IMG/VR virus record: IMGVR_UViG_3300037454_000603
Location: 15,646-79,645 of that record
DNA from: a virus
Lineage: Duplodnaviria > Heunggongvirae > Uroviricota > Caudoviricetes
DNA: 64,000 bases
Strand: one strand, 5' to 3'
Both the position numbers and the translations under genes were made by a program. The notes under the pieces are model-generated. The model was not told where the DNA came from. It saw nothing but the letters and a program-made list of their open reading frames with translations, and ran no database searches. Below, one piece after another: positions 10,099-19,496 of the stretch (its first letter is position 1; every line of letters starts with the position of its first letter).

Positions 10099-10384
10099 CG
10101 AAATTTGTTATTTGAGGATGTTTGTTTTTGACTGTAGTTCGTCTACAAAATTCCTCATAGTCCCATTCACAATCAAAAATAAAAAACTCAAGGTCAGAAT
10201 TTTCAGCGGGAAGAGAAAGTCCCTCTTTAATTGCAGCAATTATAAGACCCATATAATTATGAGTAATTATTTCTTCTGTCGCGCCGCAGCCAAATAACTT
10301 CTCAACTTCTGAATAAAACTTTTCATTTTGAAAGTATTGTTCATAAAAATCTATCATTATGTTTCTAAAAGCTAAAGCAGTCAT
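10049..10384 (-). CDS. Hypothetical protein
   Basis: Intact ORF. Confidence 0.5.
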   Translation of the reverse strand: MTALAFRNIMIDFYEQYFQNEKFYSEVEKLFGCGATEEIITHNYMGLIIAAIKEGLSLPAENSDLEFFIFDCEWDYEEFCRRTTVKNKHPQITNFVEFYRYLIGEEISWYD

Positions 10385-10399
10385 TTAGTTCTCCTTTCA

Positions 10400-10663
10400 T
10401 TAATATCCACAAGAAATATTTAACTCCTTTTTATAAACACCAAGTTCTCTTTCATCTAGATAGAAAGAGAATCTTTTTGTTTTATTTTTTTTAAGTAAAG
10501 AGCAAAGGCGCTCAACTTCTTTTAATTCAATTTCTTTTATATCTGGGTATTTTTCATATTCATAGTTTAGTATATCAATAAGAATATTTTTAATTTCTTC
10601 TACCGAAGAAACAACCTCAGGCTCACCCTCTGAATCAGTTAATATATAGGTTGTTATTTTCAT
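10400..10663 (-). CDS. Hypothetical protein
   Basis: Intact ORF; promoter module at 10680-10730. Confidence 0.5.
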   Translation of the reverse strand: MKITTYILTDSEGEPEVVSSVEEIKNILIDILNYEYEKYPDIKEIELKEVERLCSLLKKNKTKRFSFYLDERELGVYKKELNISCGY

Positions 10664-10676
10664 TTTACAGACCTCT

Positions 10677-10732
10677 TTTCTTATTTTCTATAATAATTAT
10701 ATCATAAATTTTAAATTTTTTCAAATAATTTT
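10677..10732 (-). promoter_or_regulatory. Conserved promoter module: -35 TTGAAA, 17 bp, extended -10 TGATATAAT, about 25 nt, RBS
   Basis: Near-identical module found before most early genes; more than 30 copies. Confidence 0.75.
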
Positions 10733-10765
10733 ATTTAAAATACCTTGCGCCGCGGTAACATAAAA

Positions 10766-11029
10766 TTACCACGGCAAATCTTCTGACGTAAGAGGTCCAG
10801 TAAAATCATTTGAAACAATTCCTTCATATCTTGCAACAGTTGCAGCTTCAAAACGATTAATAAATGTTACTCCTTTAAAAAGAAAACCTTCTTCAACATT
10901 ATAAATATGAACATTAAGCATAATAAGTCTATTATAAATTGTGTCGTGTTTGTCGCCAGTCATTATTTGCGGAAAATCTGAATTTTCAGTAAAATAAAAC
11001 TTTACCGCAGGAACTAATAGTCTTACCAT
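10766..11029 (-). CDS. Hypothetical protein
   Basis: Intact ORF; followed by GC hairpin 10746-10772. Confidence 0.5.
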   Translation of the reverse strand: MVRLLVPAVKFYFTENSDFPQIMTGDKHDTIYNRLIMLNVHIYNVEEGFLFKGVTFINRFEAATVARYEGIVSNDFTGPLTSEDLPW

Positions 11030-11046
11030 GCTTAACCCTCCTTTAT

Positions 11047-11301
11047 TTAGTTTTCATTGTAATAGCGGTCATCATAAGAATCTTCACCGCCGACCGTTTG
11101 AGAAAGAACCTCATATTCTTCAATATAAGCATCTGTATATACTTTTCTTCGAAGGTCGGCACAACGCTCTTCTGCATCTCTTTTGGTATAATAAATACTG
11201 TCGATTTTAGGAAAACCAAATCTGCTAATAGGCATATAGTTGTTAGAACGTGTAATTACTACATAAACCATATTATTACTCCTTTTATTCTGTGTCGCCA
11301 A
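11047..11301 (-). CDS. Hypothetical protein
   Basis: Intact ORF. Confidence 0.5.
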   Translation of the reverse strand: MATQNKRSNNMVYVVITRSNNYMPISRFGFPKIDSIYYTKRDAEERCADLRRKVYTDAYIEEYEVLSQTVGGEDSYDDRYYNEN

Positions 11302-11547
11302 ATCAATTAATAATCTGTGTGTTAATAACGAATAGTATACTCTGTTACTCCATAATCATAATATCCATATTTCTTATTTTCTTTTTCAATAAAATCCTGA
11401 GCATCTTGTTCATTTGCAAAAACACCTTGAATTGTTTTTATTATAGTATTATTAATAAAATTTTCATACCAAGCTATATAAACTTTATCCATTTTAAAAC
11501 TCCTTTTCTATTTTCTATAATAATTATATCATAAATTTTTATTTTTT

Positions 11548-11802
11548 TCAAATAATTTTATTTAAAATACCTTGCGCCGCGACATCATATTGTTTGTTAA
11601 GATTTATATTGCCGAGAATTTTTATTTTCTTAGGGGTCTTAACTATATCATATCCAGAACTTGACCTTGAATAACCATAATCAAAAAGTTCGGTAGCAAT
11701 ATACTCATTTGGAGAACAACTAAAAAGAACTTCATGCTCATATGAAACCACCACTCGAATTATGTCTTGATACAATATAATAGTTCCTTTTTCTAACTGC
11801 AT
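11548..11802 (-). CDS. Hypothetical protein. Its C-terminus (DVAAQGILNKII) is encoded by a copy of the GC-motif/promoter-flank module.
   Basis: About 40-nt identity with the 10735-10775 region. Confidence 0.5.
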   Translation of the reverse strand: MQLEKGTIILYQDIIRVVVSYEHEVLFSCSPNEYIATELFDYGYSRSSSGYDIVKTPKKIKILGNINLNKQYDVAAQGILNKII

Positions 11803-11951
11803 TTTTCTTTCTCTCCTTTTCTATTTTTCTATATATATTATATCATAAATTTTTATTTTTTTCAAATAAAAATCTGAAAAATGTGGATATGGTTTAGATA
11901 TTTTTTACTTACCTTTAGTAAATAAAATTTTTTAAAATGAGGTGAATATAA

Positions 11952-13039
11952 TGGGTTTGATTTACTATAAAGGAGACCCTTATGGTGATGGATATATTGA
12001 TCTTGATGAAAGATTAGAATTTTATGCTATCGAAGGAGAGCCACAGACACCGACTGGTGAAATTATTAAGGAAATTGTTGGCTAGGATGAGCATGGCAAT
12101 CCAATTTATAGAATAAATATTCCAATGGGAACAACAATTGAAAATGCTTTTGCAACTGATACAATTGAGACCCATATTGTAGAAGATAGTGAAAGAGTTC
12201 GACTTCAAGCAGATGTTGGAACTCGTCTTAAATGGGGAAATAGACCAGCTGAAGGTATTATTGCAGGTGGGCTTAGAGTTTTAACGAGATCATCAAGTCT
12301 TGTTGATTAGAGTATTACTAGCGGCGCTATTCCAGTAAATGCCAAATGTAAAGACAATATTGCTAACTACGTTTATAGTGACGTACTTTTTCCTCGTTGC
12401 ACTAATTGTCGTAGCTCAATTAATCCTGTTATAGAATGGTTTTCAGAATCTTCTTATTGGATTGGAAGTGGAACATCTTCAGAACCAGAAAGAAATTGGA
12501 GAGAATATTAGTTCCAATTATCAATGAAGTATTCTCTTAATACATCGAATGATCCAGTTATTGCTTTACCCGGTTATGCCGTGCCTTGGTATCTAGGTTA
12601 GACTCCATTTCCAAGTGGAATAACGATAGATGATAAAAAAATTATTCTATCATCTTCTGTTAATTCAAAAAGTTATTCATCTATTGGAAGTGGAAGAGAT
12701 TATTTACCAGCTTTATTTGGCGGAATATTTATTTTAAATCAGATATTGACTTTTGATGCTAGTACTAGTAGTGCATCTGGTCCAGCAAATGCTAATGATT
12801 TGGTCTATGCAGATGTAACTTGTTATATTACTTCACTTTCTAATAATCCCAATGTAGGTGTAGATGACTATGCGTATATTTGCGATAGGTCAGTATCTAT
12901 GACTCAATCTACTAGTAGTATTTATAACTTATACCTCCCAATGTCAGAGGATGAAGTTCGTTATGCAATGGGTGTTCAGGACTTATTTGACCAAATCTCT
13001 TATGAAGAATATATTCATCATCTTCCTTCGGGTGATTAA
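11952..13039 (+). CDS. Plus-strand hypothetical protein (~362 aa) with four in-frame TAG codons. Contains a Ser/Thr-rich segment.
   Basis: RBS GAGGTGA 7 nt before the ATG at 11952; the frame stays open across the TAG codons to the TAA at 13037-13039; track ORFs 12125-12310 and 12746-13039 are fragments. Confidence 0.5.
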
Positions 13040-13041
13040 TT

Positions 13042-13428
13042 ATGGGACTTTATACAGGTAAGCACCTAAAAACTTTTCATATAATAGATGGTGTTAAAAA
13101 AATTAACTATGCTCACATTAATAGAATTGTAATTCCAAGTAATAGTTATATTTATTGCGACCTCTCGAGGGGTCCTATTAATCGCTTACTCTGGACTAAT
13201 TATAGTCGAGAAGCCTTTACTGAATATACTTATCATTGTACATATACAGCAGAACATCATTCTCGTGTTAAACACACTCATATTGATAATGCTCTGTCCG
13301 TAACTAAAAATACTCCAGAAGGTATTGATATTCCTGCTTCAACAGGATCAGGGCATCTTCATTAGAATATTTATAATGAGCATGTAGATTTGGTTGTAAC
13401 AAAAACAATTACTTATGAAGATAACTAA
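13042..13428 (+). CDS. Plus-strand hypothetical protein (~128 aa) with one in-frame TAG
   Basis: ATG at 13042 is 2 nt after the upstream TAA; terminator at 13431-13470. Confidence 0.5.
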
Positions 13429-13430
13429 AA

Positions 13431-13470
13431 AGAGAGATAGGATATCCTATCTCTCTTTTCTTTTTAATAA
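13431..13470. terminator. Bidirectional intrinsic terminator AGAGAGATAGGATATCCTATCTCTCT followed by TTTTCTTTTT
   Basis: Perfect palindrome with T-run; lies between the convergent genes 13042-13428(+) and 13464-13790(-). Confidence 0.7.
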
Positions 13471-13790
13471 TCCCAAAAAGGATGTTTACTATTCATTCTG
13501 TAAGGGTCATCAAAATCCCCATACTCCTCACAAGGGCTATAATGGTAATCATATTCTGTATAAGGTTCTGTTTGTGGTTTAAAATTAGAACCAAAGCTTT
13601 CTTTAGCAATTTCCTTTGAAGTTTTTTCTTTTTCTTCATTTCTTAATTCCATTGGCTCAATAAAAACATGATATTTATTTTCCATTAAAAATGAGCCCCT
13701 CTTCTTTGCACCATTTTCAGAATCCCAAGCAGAATCAATAAAAGACTTTTCAATATCAGTTGTATACTTATAAAGCAAATAAATTTTCAT
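13464..13790 (-). CDS. Hypothetical protein
   Basis: Intact ORF. Confidence 0.5.
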   Translation of the reverse strand: MKIYLLYKYTTDIEKSFIDSAWDSENGAKKRGSFLMENKYHVFIEPMELRNEEKEKTSKEIAKESFGSNFKPQTEPYTEYDYHYSPCEEYGDFDDPYRMNSKHPFWDY

Positions 13791-14003
13791 TTAATCCTCC
13801 ATTCTTATATGGTAAAAGTTATAATGACTTCCGTAATCAATACATTCTGTTACACTATCTATTTTCCAAGAACGATAATAATAAGGCTGAATTCTTTTTT
13901 CCTGTAAGTCTGCAATCATTGCCGCGCGGGCTTCCTTATCTGTATTAAACTTTCCAAGAATTTTTATTTCATTACCGTTATCAAATTCAAGAATAAAATT
14001 CAT
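13791..14003 (-). CDS. Hypothetical protein
   Basis: Intact ORF. Confidence 0.5.
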   Translation of the reverse strand: MNFILEFDNGNEIKILGKFNTDKEARAAMIADLQEKRIQPYYYRSWKIDSVTECIDYGSHYNFYHIRMED

Positions 14004-14005
14004 AA

Positions 14006-14371
14006 TTAATCCCTGTAATAAAGGTTGTTAAATGAAAAGATTTGTTCGTTCTTATCGCCTATGATTACAAAACTAAGAATATAAATATCAAGCCCTGGGC
14101 TATTAAAAGCCTCATCAATTTCAAATTTACTCAATTGGCTATCTGCCTGTCTGCATAGTTCTTCGGCAATATCCTGAAGACAATATTCTTTTTCTTCCTG
14201 ATAACAATAGGTGGGTTCAAGCTTTTCAAGTATAGGTTTTATTTCCTGTGGCACTTCCAAAGTTTCATCACTAAAATCATAGATGACATACTCTCCGTTC
14301 TCCTCAAAAAGATTCTCTATTATTTTCTTTGCTTCATAAGCATTCATTTTACATTCTCCTTTAATTTTCAA
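14006..14371 (-). CDS. Hypothetical acidic protein
   Basis: Intact ORF. Confidence 0.5.
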   Translation of the reverse strand: MKIKGECKMNAYEAKKIIENLFEENGEYVIYDFSDETLEVPQEIKPILEKLEPTYCYQEEKEYCLQDIAEELCRQADSQLSKFEIDEAFNSPGLDIYILSFVIIGDKNEQIFSFNNLYYRD

Positions 14372-14912
14372 AATCTGGCAAGACTATTTGAATTATATTT
14401 TTAGTATTAATTTTATCAATAAGCCATTTTCTTCGATTTTTCTCATCAGAAGATTCTCGTCCAAAAAAGAAAGGAAGTTCAGTAGGATTTATGAATGAGC
14501 CACAAACACTTACAAATGTTCTATTTTGGTCTGTAATTCTCTTGGTTATATGAAATTTAAAATCATTAAATGATTCAACTTTTTCATTATCTTTTAAATA
14601 TTTTTTTCTTAATTCAAAATTTATCTTGCCAAATATATAAGTTTCAGGATTTTCTCCATATGGACGAAGATCTGCCATAAAACTTCCCTGATAAATATAT
14701 GGAGCATCAGAAAAGGTAACTTGCGGGTAATTCGTACATTCAACATCGCTATAATCATCAACACTATCGTAATAAGCACAAGCTCTAAGGGCATTGTCTT
14801 TGTCTGGGCAGACGGCAAGAATTTTCTTATCTTCTGACCATTCACAGCAACCTGTTACAATCCATATCTCGGGCAAAGTAGTCTCATTTTTATTCATTAA
14901 ATTCCCTCCCAA
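14361..14912 (-). CDS. Hypothetical protein (183 aa)
   Basis: Intact ORF. Confidence 0.5.
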   Translation of the reverse strand: MGGNLMNKNETTLPEIWIVTGCCEWSEDKKILAVCPDKDNALRACAYYDSVDDYSDVECTNYPQVTFSDAPYIYQGSFMADLRPYGENPETYIFGKINFELRKKYLKDNEKVESFNDFKFHITKRITDQNRTFVSVCGSFINPTELPFFFGRESSDEKNRRKWLIDKINTKNIIQIVLPDFEN

Positions 14913-14918
14913 TAGTTT

Positions 14919-15608
14919 TTAATGGTCTGTGCCGCGACCCGAAAGCACAACTTGACCTTTATTATCCACAAATTCGATAAGACAATCGGGCTGCCAGCCA
15001 CGATAAAATATTTCTCTAAAAGTTCCAAATTCTGTTATTTCGTAAATTTTATATTTTTCATGACAATAATCTAACATATCAATATAATGAATAAGTTCAT
15101 CACTATTCATAATTGTATTTTCACGAGTATCGTTATCCCATAAACAAACTCTCTGAACAAGATATTGACAATAATCTGTTGATGGAGCATAATAGAAATT
15201 ATAACTACCATCTTCATTAGGATTTTCTAAATCAAGAAGTTCTGAGAAAATTTTATAAGCATCTTCCCATTCTTCTTCATCAAAATCATCAGGATTAAAA
15301 CCGTAACATCTCCATTCCCCAAATTTGTAAAGATATGCAAAATTAGTGTAAGGTGCCGCTTGACCAGTAATAAATTCTTCAACAGTGCAATAAAGTTCTT
15401 TAGTTTCCTCAAAAGGGTCTCTTAAAGAGCAATCCTCATATAAATGCCTAAATTCATTAACCTTTATAATTTTTTCAACAAGAAAATCCTCATCTTCAAT
15501 TGTTCTTAGTATTGGAACCATATGTTCGGGATATCCATCTGTCATAACCCAAGCATAACGAACCAAATTTTTATTTATCTGATAGCCTATTAAACAATGT
15601 GTACTCAT
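14919..15608 (-). CDS. Hypothetical protein (~229 aa; true start MSTHCLIGYQ)
   Basis: On the track, the N-terminal 20 aa (MKFLKNYDIIIIENKK...) is a translation of the promoter module; RBS AAAGGAAGT precedes the internal ATG. Confidence 0.55.
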   Translation of the reverse strand: MSTHCLIGYQINKNLVRYAWVMTDGYPEHMVPILRTIEDEDFLVEKIIKVNEFRHLYEDCSLRDPFEETKELYCTVEEFITGQAAPYTNFAYLYKFGEWRCYGFNPDDFDEEEWEDAYKIFSELLDLENPNEDGSYNFYYAPSTDYCQYLVQRVCLWDNDTRENTIMNSDELIHYIDMLDYCHEKYKIYEITEFGTFREIFYRGWQPDCLIEFVDNKGQVVLSGRGTDH

Positions 15609-15616
15609 ATTTTTAC

Positions 15617-15672
15617 TTCCTTTCTTATTTTCTATAATAATTATATCATAATTTTTTAAAAATTTCAAATAT
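15617..15672 (-). promoter_or_regulatory. Conserved promoter module (TTGAAA, 17 bp, TGATATAAT)
   Basis: Identical to the copy at 16517-16572. Confidence 0.75.
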
Positions 15673-15724
15673 AATACTGTGCCGCCCTATCAATAATTAA
15701 ATAAAAGTTGACACGGCACATCAA

Positions 15725-15760
15725 GCAAAAAACGCCTTGCATTGGAAACAAGACGTTTTC
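15725..15760 (-). terminator. Intrinsic terminator AACGTCTTG, loop, CAAGGCGTT then TTTTTGCTTG
   Basis: 9-bp stem with one mismatch plus a T-run, downstream of gene 15925-16248. Confidence 0.5.
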
Positions 15761-15924
15761 AGAATCTCTTTCTACACGTGGCAGACGAGCTATCACAATA
15801 TAAATTGTGACCTTGCACAGCAAGTAGGCTAACGCCTTTGTAAGCAGTTTACTGTCAATACTCAGGACACGTCTTAGTTATACTCCAAGAACCGTGAGTT
15901 AGTTATCTTTAATTATCCTTTTTC

Positions 15925-16248
15925 TCAATAGATTTTGTCTACTGTCATTTTTGTAAGCCTATAGTCATGTATCCTAAAATAGTATCCCTCGGTGCAGTAA
16001 AGAGGATTATCAAGTGAAGATAATGTGACCTTCATTTTCTTTATATTTCTCATTAAAAATTTCATATAAGGGTCATTTACATCATTGTCTTCTTTCATTA
16101 TTTCCAGTTCATCTTCTGATATTTTTATATTTTTTGTAAGATAAAATTTAATTGTTGCTTTTGCCTTTTCAAGAGTAGAACATATACCAATTACTACTTT
16201 GTTGTCTTCCTCACAATATTCTATTACCCAAACCGCATTTTCATTCAT
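15925..16248 (-). CDS. Hypothetical protein
   Basis: Intact ORF. Confidence 0.5.
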   Translation of the reverse strand: MNENAVWVIEYCEEDNKVVIGICSTLEKAKATIKFYLTKNIKISEDELEIMKEDNDVNDPYMKFLMRNIKKMKVTLSSLDNPLYCTEGYYFRIHDYRLTKMTVDKIY

Positions 16249-16277
16249 TTTAAATCCTCTTTTCTTAAAAATATCAG

Positions 16278-16508
16278 TTACTTATTTTCTCTCTTTGAAA
16301 CTACATACCATCCTGCTTCCTTCTCTTCTATAGTTGGCAAGCGATTAAGAACATTATATACTTCTATACATTCCCAGCATAACATCTTACGTCCTTCAGT
16401 TGTCTCGGCAGGAAAAACCCAACCAATTCTTTTGTCATATCCCCACTTACCCAACTCTATTCGTTCTTTACAATTATCGCAATACATCTCTTTATTTACA
16501 ATTCTCAT
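16278..16508 (-). CDS. Zinc-ribbon protein (true start MRIVNKEMYCDNCKERIE)
   Basis: The track's N-terminal extension is a promoter-module artefact. Confidence 0.55.
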   Translation of the reverse strand: MRIVNKEMYCDNCKERIELGKWGYDKRIGWVFPAETTEGRKMLCWECIEVYNVLNRLPTIEEKEAGWYVVSKRENK

Positions 16509-16661
16509 AATATTTACCTCTTTCTTATTTTCTATAATAATTATATCATAATTTTTTAAAAAAATCAAATAAAAATTAAGGACAGTTATCCTTAAAAGAT
16601 AAACTGTCCGTGTAAAAACTCCCTAAGAGCTTTTTATATTTACTTTTTTAATCATACGGAG

Positions 16662-16733
16662 CAGGTTGTCAAAGACTTGAACTCTGACCGTCGCATTTGG
16701 ACTGCGAAATGCTACCAATTACACCAACAACCC
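16662..16733 (-). tRNA. tRNA-Trp (CCA)
   Basis: Anticodon stem TCGCA/TGCGA; loop GTCCAAA; T-arm CAGAG-TTCAAGT-CTTTG. Confidence 0.65.
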
Positions 16734-16740
16734 ATATAAG

Positions 16741-16813
16741 TAGGGAGAGGTAGAATCGGACTACCATCTTGACTTTATCAGAATCAAATACTTAACCATT
16801 ATACTATCTCCCC
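16741..16813 (-). tRNA. tRNA-Ile (GAU)
   Basis: Acceptor GGGGAGA/TCTCCCT; T-arm GGTAG-TCCGATT-CTACC; loop CTGATAA. Confidence 0.6.
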
Positions 16814-16819
16814 ATTTAA

Positions 16820-16892
16820 AGCTCCCACTCCGTGATGATCGGAGCTCTATCGCTTACAAGGCGATTATTCTACCAACATAAACTATGGGAGC
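16820..16892 (-). tRNA. tRNA-Thr (UGU)
   Basis: Acceptor GCTCCCA/TGGGAGC; anticodon stem ATCGC/GCGAT; loop CTTGTAA. Confidence 0.65.
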
Positions 16893-16917
16893 ATTCTTTT
16901 AAAAACTTAGTAAAAAG

Positions 16918-16991
16918 TAGCCCCAACGGAACTCGAATCCGTATCTAGAGATTGAAGGTCTCTTATCCTCACCCAATTAGACGATGGAGCC
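16918..16991 (-). tRNA. tRNA-Glu (UUC), loop CCTTCAA
   Basis: Acceptor GGCTCCA/TGGGGCT; anticodon stem AGAGA/TCTCT; T-arm ACGGA-TTCGAGT-TCCGT. Confidence 0.6.
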
Positions 16992-17150
16992 ATTTCTCGG
17001 TTTTACTTCGCTTCTTAATTTTAACGAGTGTTTTCCGCAAAGCCACATATCACTGGGAGCGGCCCAGTGTCGGTGGTAGTTTAAACCGTAAATCCGTGTT
17101 AACCCTCGAATGATTTTATCAACAAGTGAAAGGCAATTCATTAGCCATTT

Positions 17151-17190
17151 TGGTGCCGCAGGGGAGACTTGAACTCCCGACGCCCACGTC
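17151..17190 (-). tRNA. 3' half of a split tRNA (anticodon-stem 3' strand CGTGG, T-arm GGGAG-TTCAAGT-CTCCC, acceptor CTGCGGC, then A-CCA)
   Basis: Pairs with the 5' half at 17659-17694 (acceptor GCCGCGG, anticodon-stem 5' strand CCACG). Confidence 0.6.
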
Positions 17191-17218
17191 TTGGTCCTAA
17201 TAAGAAGAATTGAACTTC

Positions 17219-17632
17219 TCAAATTTTTAAATAGTCTTCATAAGTAATGTGGTTTTTTGCTTCAAGATAATGAAACTCATGATGACAATTAGAACAAAGC
17301 AAAACACATTTTTCTAATTCATCAAAAGCAGCTTGTACCTTAACATTATTACCGCTACAGTACGAGCCAATATTAAACTCTTTTTCATTAGGATTTAAAT
17401 GATGAAATTCCAATGAAGCTTGACATTTATCATAGCCGCATTTTTCACATTTTCCACCCTTCCGTTTTATGAGTTCTTTTTTAAGAGCATGGCGTATTGC
17501 TGTAATTGTCTACGCACGACCTTGGCTATCGCCTTTGTCGTAGCTAGGAGAGCAATCAAAACAATACTTTCTACTTTCACCATGTGGGATGGTTTCAAAA
17601 TCTTTTCCACATATTAAACACTATTTAATCAT
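17219..17632 (-). CDS. HNH endonuclease with an N-terminal zinc ribbon (CSNCHHEFH). Two in-frame TAG codons. Lies between the two halves of a tRNA gene.
   Basis: ATG at 17630-17632 with RBS AAAGGTG; TGA stop at 17219-17221; the 3' exon begins 30 nt later. Confidence 0.65.
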
Positions 17633-17658
17633 TTGTTCACCTTTCTGAATATTAAGTC

Positions 17659-17694
17659 AGCGTGGCGCTCTACCAAATACTGAGCTACCGCGGC
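17659..17694 (-). tRNA. 5' half of a split tRNA (GCCGCGG-TA-GCTC-AGTATTTGGTA-GAGC-G-CCACG-CT...)
   Basis: Complete acceptor 5' strand, D-arm and anticodon-stem 5' strand, then the sequence runs into the HNH ORF. Confidence 0.6.
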
Positions 17695-17698
17695 TTAG

Positions 17699-17772
17699 CG
17701 GTTCTAGCGGTACTTGAAACCGCGACCCTCGGCTTGACAAACCGATGCTCTGACCAACTGAGCTATAGAACC
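17699..17772 (-). tRNA. tRNA-Asp (GUC)
   Basis: Acceptor GGTTCTA/TAGAACC; D-stem GCTC/GAGC; loop TTGTCAA; T-arm GCGGT-TTCAAGT-ACCGC. Confidence 0.8.
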
Positions 17773-17778
17773 AAATAA

Positions 17779-17849
17779 CGGGAGATGAGGGAATCGAACC
17801 CACGCCCTGACGTTAACAGCGTCGCGCTCGACCTTCGAGCTAATCTCCC
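17779..17849 (-). tRNA. tRNA-Asn (GUU)
   Basis: Acceptor GGGAGAT/ATCTCCC; D-stem GCTC/GAGC; loop CTGTTAA. Confidence 0.7.
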
Positions 17850-18264
17850 ATATCCCCACTCTAAGTTTATATTGCGAGAGCGGGCACCGCATCTGCCAGT
17901 AGTTTAAAGTCTTCGGTCAGCAAAGGCTCGGACTCTATTTATATTAGCGTCCAATAGTAAGGACGGTTCTTTTAAAAAGGTTTTCTCCTTTAAGCAGTTT
18001 ATTGTTAATACTTAGAACACGTCGATTTAGCCTACGAATCGTCGGCATTAGAGGCTGGGCTATAGCACCACTTTCATTTTCCTCTTTTTTTCTATAAAGA
18101 TTATATCATAAATTTCTTAAAAAGTCAAAATTTCAACTTTTAAGATTTTTATAATCGAAAGGAATCTGGCGGAATTATCAACGGCGCCGCCAGTCACCTC
18201 TTGTTTTAGAAAGGAAGAACAGTTTTAAAACTTGTTCAGGTTTGGAAGAAAAGTGCACCGAGGA

Positions 18265-19065
18265 TTAAATTTTCTCCCACTCTTCATCAGAAATTTTATT
18301 TATTTCCGTTTTTTTATATGGTAAATTTTCAGCTTTACACCATTTACGAATTGCATTATCAGATACTCCATAGTTTTTCCCAATTTGAACGAAAGATAAC
18401 GTTCTAATTAGCTATTTTAATTCTTGCCTATCAGGACGATTTTTTACAATTCGGTGCTATTTTTTATAGCAATCAACACAATAAGTACTCGTATTTCCTA
18501 TCTACTTACCACAAATTATACAAGTATTATTTGTTTGTTTATTATTTATCTATTCATTACTGCTACAAGTATCTTTTTTAAACTTATCTTTGTTTACTAC
18601 TCCATTTTTACGAATAGGATAACTTATACCCTCTTGAATCCAAGTCTCTCCAATATTTATACTGCTTATAGTTCGCTAAGATACATTAAACTATTTACCA
18701 ATATCTTCTTGACTCAATGTTGTAGTTGATAAAAGAGTAATTATATCCTAAGCCTACTATTTAGTTAATTTTACTGGTAAAGAAGTATTGCCGCCATCAG
18801 TTAGATTATATCCATTTAATGGATTATGACTATCATAATATTTTATCCAGTACTTTTCCCTATTATTTAATTCTTCAAGGCTACATTCCTCTACAACTTC
18901 AAATAAAAAGTTATCAATTCCATATTTTCTCATTGCTCGGTATATAGGATAATCATCTGTCTAATAATGCCCTCTATGTGCTTTCCAGCGTCTGCAAATA
19001 TTTTGAGACTATCCTATGTATATCTTTCCATTTATCTAATTAGTAATTTTATAAATACCGATCAT
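18265..19065 (-). CDS. GIY-YIG homing endonuclease (MIGIYKITN-TAG-INGKIYIG-TAG-S) with a C-terminal HTH tail (...WCKAENLPYKKTEINKISDEEWEKI). Multiple in-frame TAG codons.
   Basis: Motifs read by hand; TAA stop at 18265-18267; promoter-like module at 18090-18140. Confidence 0.65.
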
Positions 19066-19194
19066 TATTACTCACCTCAAATACAAGTAACAATTAAAAT
19101 CGAACCCTCTAAGAAAATAGAACCAATTTCTTCTATTCGTTGAACTATAATAAATATAATGCACTATCCATTAGACTACACGGGCATATCAAAG

Positions 19195-19265
19195 TTTCCG
19201 ATGAGAGAATCGAACTCCCATTGCGAGTGCCAGAAACTCGCGTCCTACCGTTAGACGAATCGGAA
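19195..19265 (-). tRNA. tRNA-Gln (CUG) with U1-A72
   Basis: Acceptor TTCCGAT/ATCGGAA; anticodon stem CGAGT/ACTCG; loop TTCTGGC; T-arm GGGAG-TTCGATT-CTCTC. Confidence 0.6.
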
Positions 19266-19272
19266 GAATTGG

Positions 19273-19344
19273 AGGTAGCGGCAGGATTCAAACCCGCGTC
19301 ATCGAGGTTGCAGCTCGAGGTCTTAATCACTTGACTACGCTACC
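19273..19344 (-). tRNA. tRNA-Cys (GCA)
   Basis: Acceptor GGTAGCG/CGCTACC; anticodon stem TCGAG/CTCGA; loop CTGCAAC. Confidence 0.65.
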
Positions 19345-19422
19345 GTTATTTTTAAAGTGTTTTTTCCTTTTCTCATTTTCTATAAAAATTATAACAAAAT
19401 TTTTAAGAAAAATCAAATTTTT

Positions 19423-19496
19423 AATTTTTAAGTGCGGATAGCGGGACTCGAACCCGCAGAATCTACGTTCTAAGCGTAGCACGTATGCCAATTCCA
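19423..19496 (-). tRNA. tRNA with anticodon UAG (Leu-decoding) but a short, type-I variable arm
   Basis: Acceptor GCGGGTA/TATCCGC; anticodon stem CTACG/CGTAG; loop CTTAGAA; T-arm GCGGG-TTCGAGT-CCCGC. Confidence 0.55.

Noticed and set aside
17149-17196. Orphan tRNA 3' end as an attP core or a tmRNA 3' domain
   Set aside because: An exactly complementary 5' half lies 460 bp upstream across the HNH ORF. There is no tmRNA-like 5' partner and no tag-peptide frame.
16977-17892. Track ORFs 16977-17222 and 17704-17892
   Set aside because: They fully overlap tRNA genes (Glu, the split-tRNA 3' half, Asp and Asn) and are spurious.
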